From: Octopus sinensis
Taxonomy: Eukaryota
Assembly: GCF_006345805.1 (NCBI RefSeq)
Contig: NC_043002.1
Location: 19,282,001 to 19,346,000 of the forward strand
Reading direction: 5' to 3'
DNA: 64,000 bases
Below the pieces are notes generated by a model, which made no database searches, had not been told where the DNA came from, and saw nothing but the letters and a program-made list of their open reading frames with translations. Made by a program: the position numbers and the translations under genes. This document shows positions 62,611 through 64,000 of this stretch, in pieces (within the stretch, counting starts at the first letter, position 1; every line of letters starts with the position of its first letter).

Positions 62611-63232
62611 ATGATGATAATGAAGAACACAAAGCTATCATATTTTAAACATAATGCACCAGTGAGAGGACATGTGGAAGAAAAGAGAGTGAGAGGCCAT
62701 CAAAGACATCTGTGGACTAATAACATCAAAGAATAGATTGGAAATAGGAGCCTTGCCAATTGTATGCATACAGCATAACGCAGAGGAAACAGAAGTGTGT
62801 TGACAAGTGTAGAATTTATATGTCAATTGTTAGTTTGTAGTACTGATTTCCTACCATCTAATTTAAATATTTCAGAAGCATTGAGATGATAACAAGGGCT
62901 GGGAATTAGCTGTGGATTCATGGGAGTTTCAAAACAGACCACTTGATTCAAGTGGTTTTAGCATGATTGCACTCTGTTGAGTAAGTAATATTCAGAGAAA
63001 CAAAGGCCATTGTACTAGTGGTGGTGGTGGTGGTGGTGGTGATAGTTGTTGTTTAGCCACAGGCCAGCCCTGATCCACCAGATCAATGATCAAAGATATT
63101 CCAGCCACAAGCATCCAGTCTCTTATTCTCAAACATACTATTTCTAGACAACAGTCTCTAATTTGTCCTTTCTTTTTATGGTGTGGGGTGTAATTTGGTC
63201 ACTATTTCTAGTAGTTCAGTGACCAAAGAGAG

Positions 63233-63562
63233 CAGGGGTTCTCAACCATTTTTTATCCATGGACCCCTTTGATTACTATTTTATTCTGGTGGACCCCCAT
63301 AGCCATTCGATGTTTAAAAACTAGTTTTATAGAAACTTCTTTCAAAATTCCTATTTTGTTTTTCACACATCAACTTGAGTAGGTTGAACTACGTAAAATG
63401 TTTGAGAAAGAAACCCAGCTATTTCTTGCAATACATATCAACACATACAACCAAAGGAAGATATTTTCAGGGTCCTTTAAAATACTATTGTAGATCCCCA
63501 ATTTACTATTTTGTTGCATGGACTCCCAAAAGTTTTATATGGACCCTGGTTGAGAGCCACTG
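63233..63562. mobile_element. hAT-like MITE
   Basis: TIRs CAGGGGTTCTCAACC and GGTTGAGAGCCACTG; 8-bp TSD not preserved. Confidence 0.65.
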
Positions 63563-63759
63563 ATGTGAGGATGTCTCACTGGTTGTAGCATTTGTATTAG
63601 AGGGAAACAAGCAAGAGAAAAAGAGAGAAGTCAGATCAGTATTGGTTAGTGGCTGTCTATTTGGTTTACAAAATGTAGATAGCACACCTATGGAGCTTAT
63701 ATACAGTTAAGTGGATGAGAGATAACTCACACACAGGTACAAGCTCATTTCTAGTAACA

Positions 63760-63900
63760 TCATCATCATCATTGTTTAACGTTCACTTTCCATGGTTGGA
63801 CGATTTGGCTGAGGGCTGGTGAACCAGATGGCTGCACCAGGCACCAATCTTGATCTGGCAGAGTTTCTACAGCTGGATGCCCTTCCTAATGCCAACCACT
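63760..63900 (-). mobile_element. RTE 3'-tail short copy
   Basis: CATCATCATTGTTTAACGTT...GCTGGATGCCCTTCCTAATGCCAACCACT. Confidence 0.85.
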
Positions 63901-64000
63901 AACATTCTCTAATTATTTGGGATGAACAGAGACGAAGTATAATTTAGCTGCTGACCAGACACATAACAAAACACCAGCAAACTAATGAAGGAACCTGCAT

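Overview
Eukaryotic, AT-rich, repeat-dense DNA. The SINE/RTE families and microsatellites look like an octopus (cephalopod) genome; this is pattern recognition, not verified. Left to right: (1) at least three head-to-tail Tx1/L1-clade LINEs (~5.3 kb period, 1-12228) with exact junctions and no poly(A); (2) a ~160-bp satellite (12 full monomers plus partial ones); (3) a young RTE LINE with an intact APE-RT ORF and a PHD finger inserted in the RT C-terminal part; (4) decayed LINEs and probable GPCR relics; (5) a 100-N scaffold gap; (6) four intact single-exon orphan class A GPCR genes (minus strand) in mosaic duplicated units, among nested TEs (Tx1 relic, piggyBac MITE, MULE, mariner, Gypsy, R4-like, SINEs); (7) an ORF1-only Tx1-like insertion with a twin-priming 5' inversion; (8) one DPH1 exon. 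The most novel leads are the tandem full-length Tx1 array abutting a satellite (possibly target-specific or subtelomeric), a 5' splice-site motif at the ORF1/ORF2 boundary of two divergent Tx1 families, an ORF1-only derivative, and the shuffled GPCR cluster. Coordinates of degenerate features were read by eye and are approximate.
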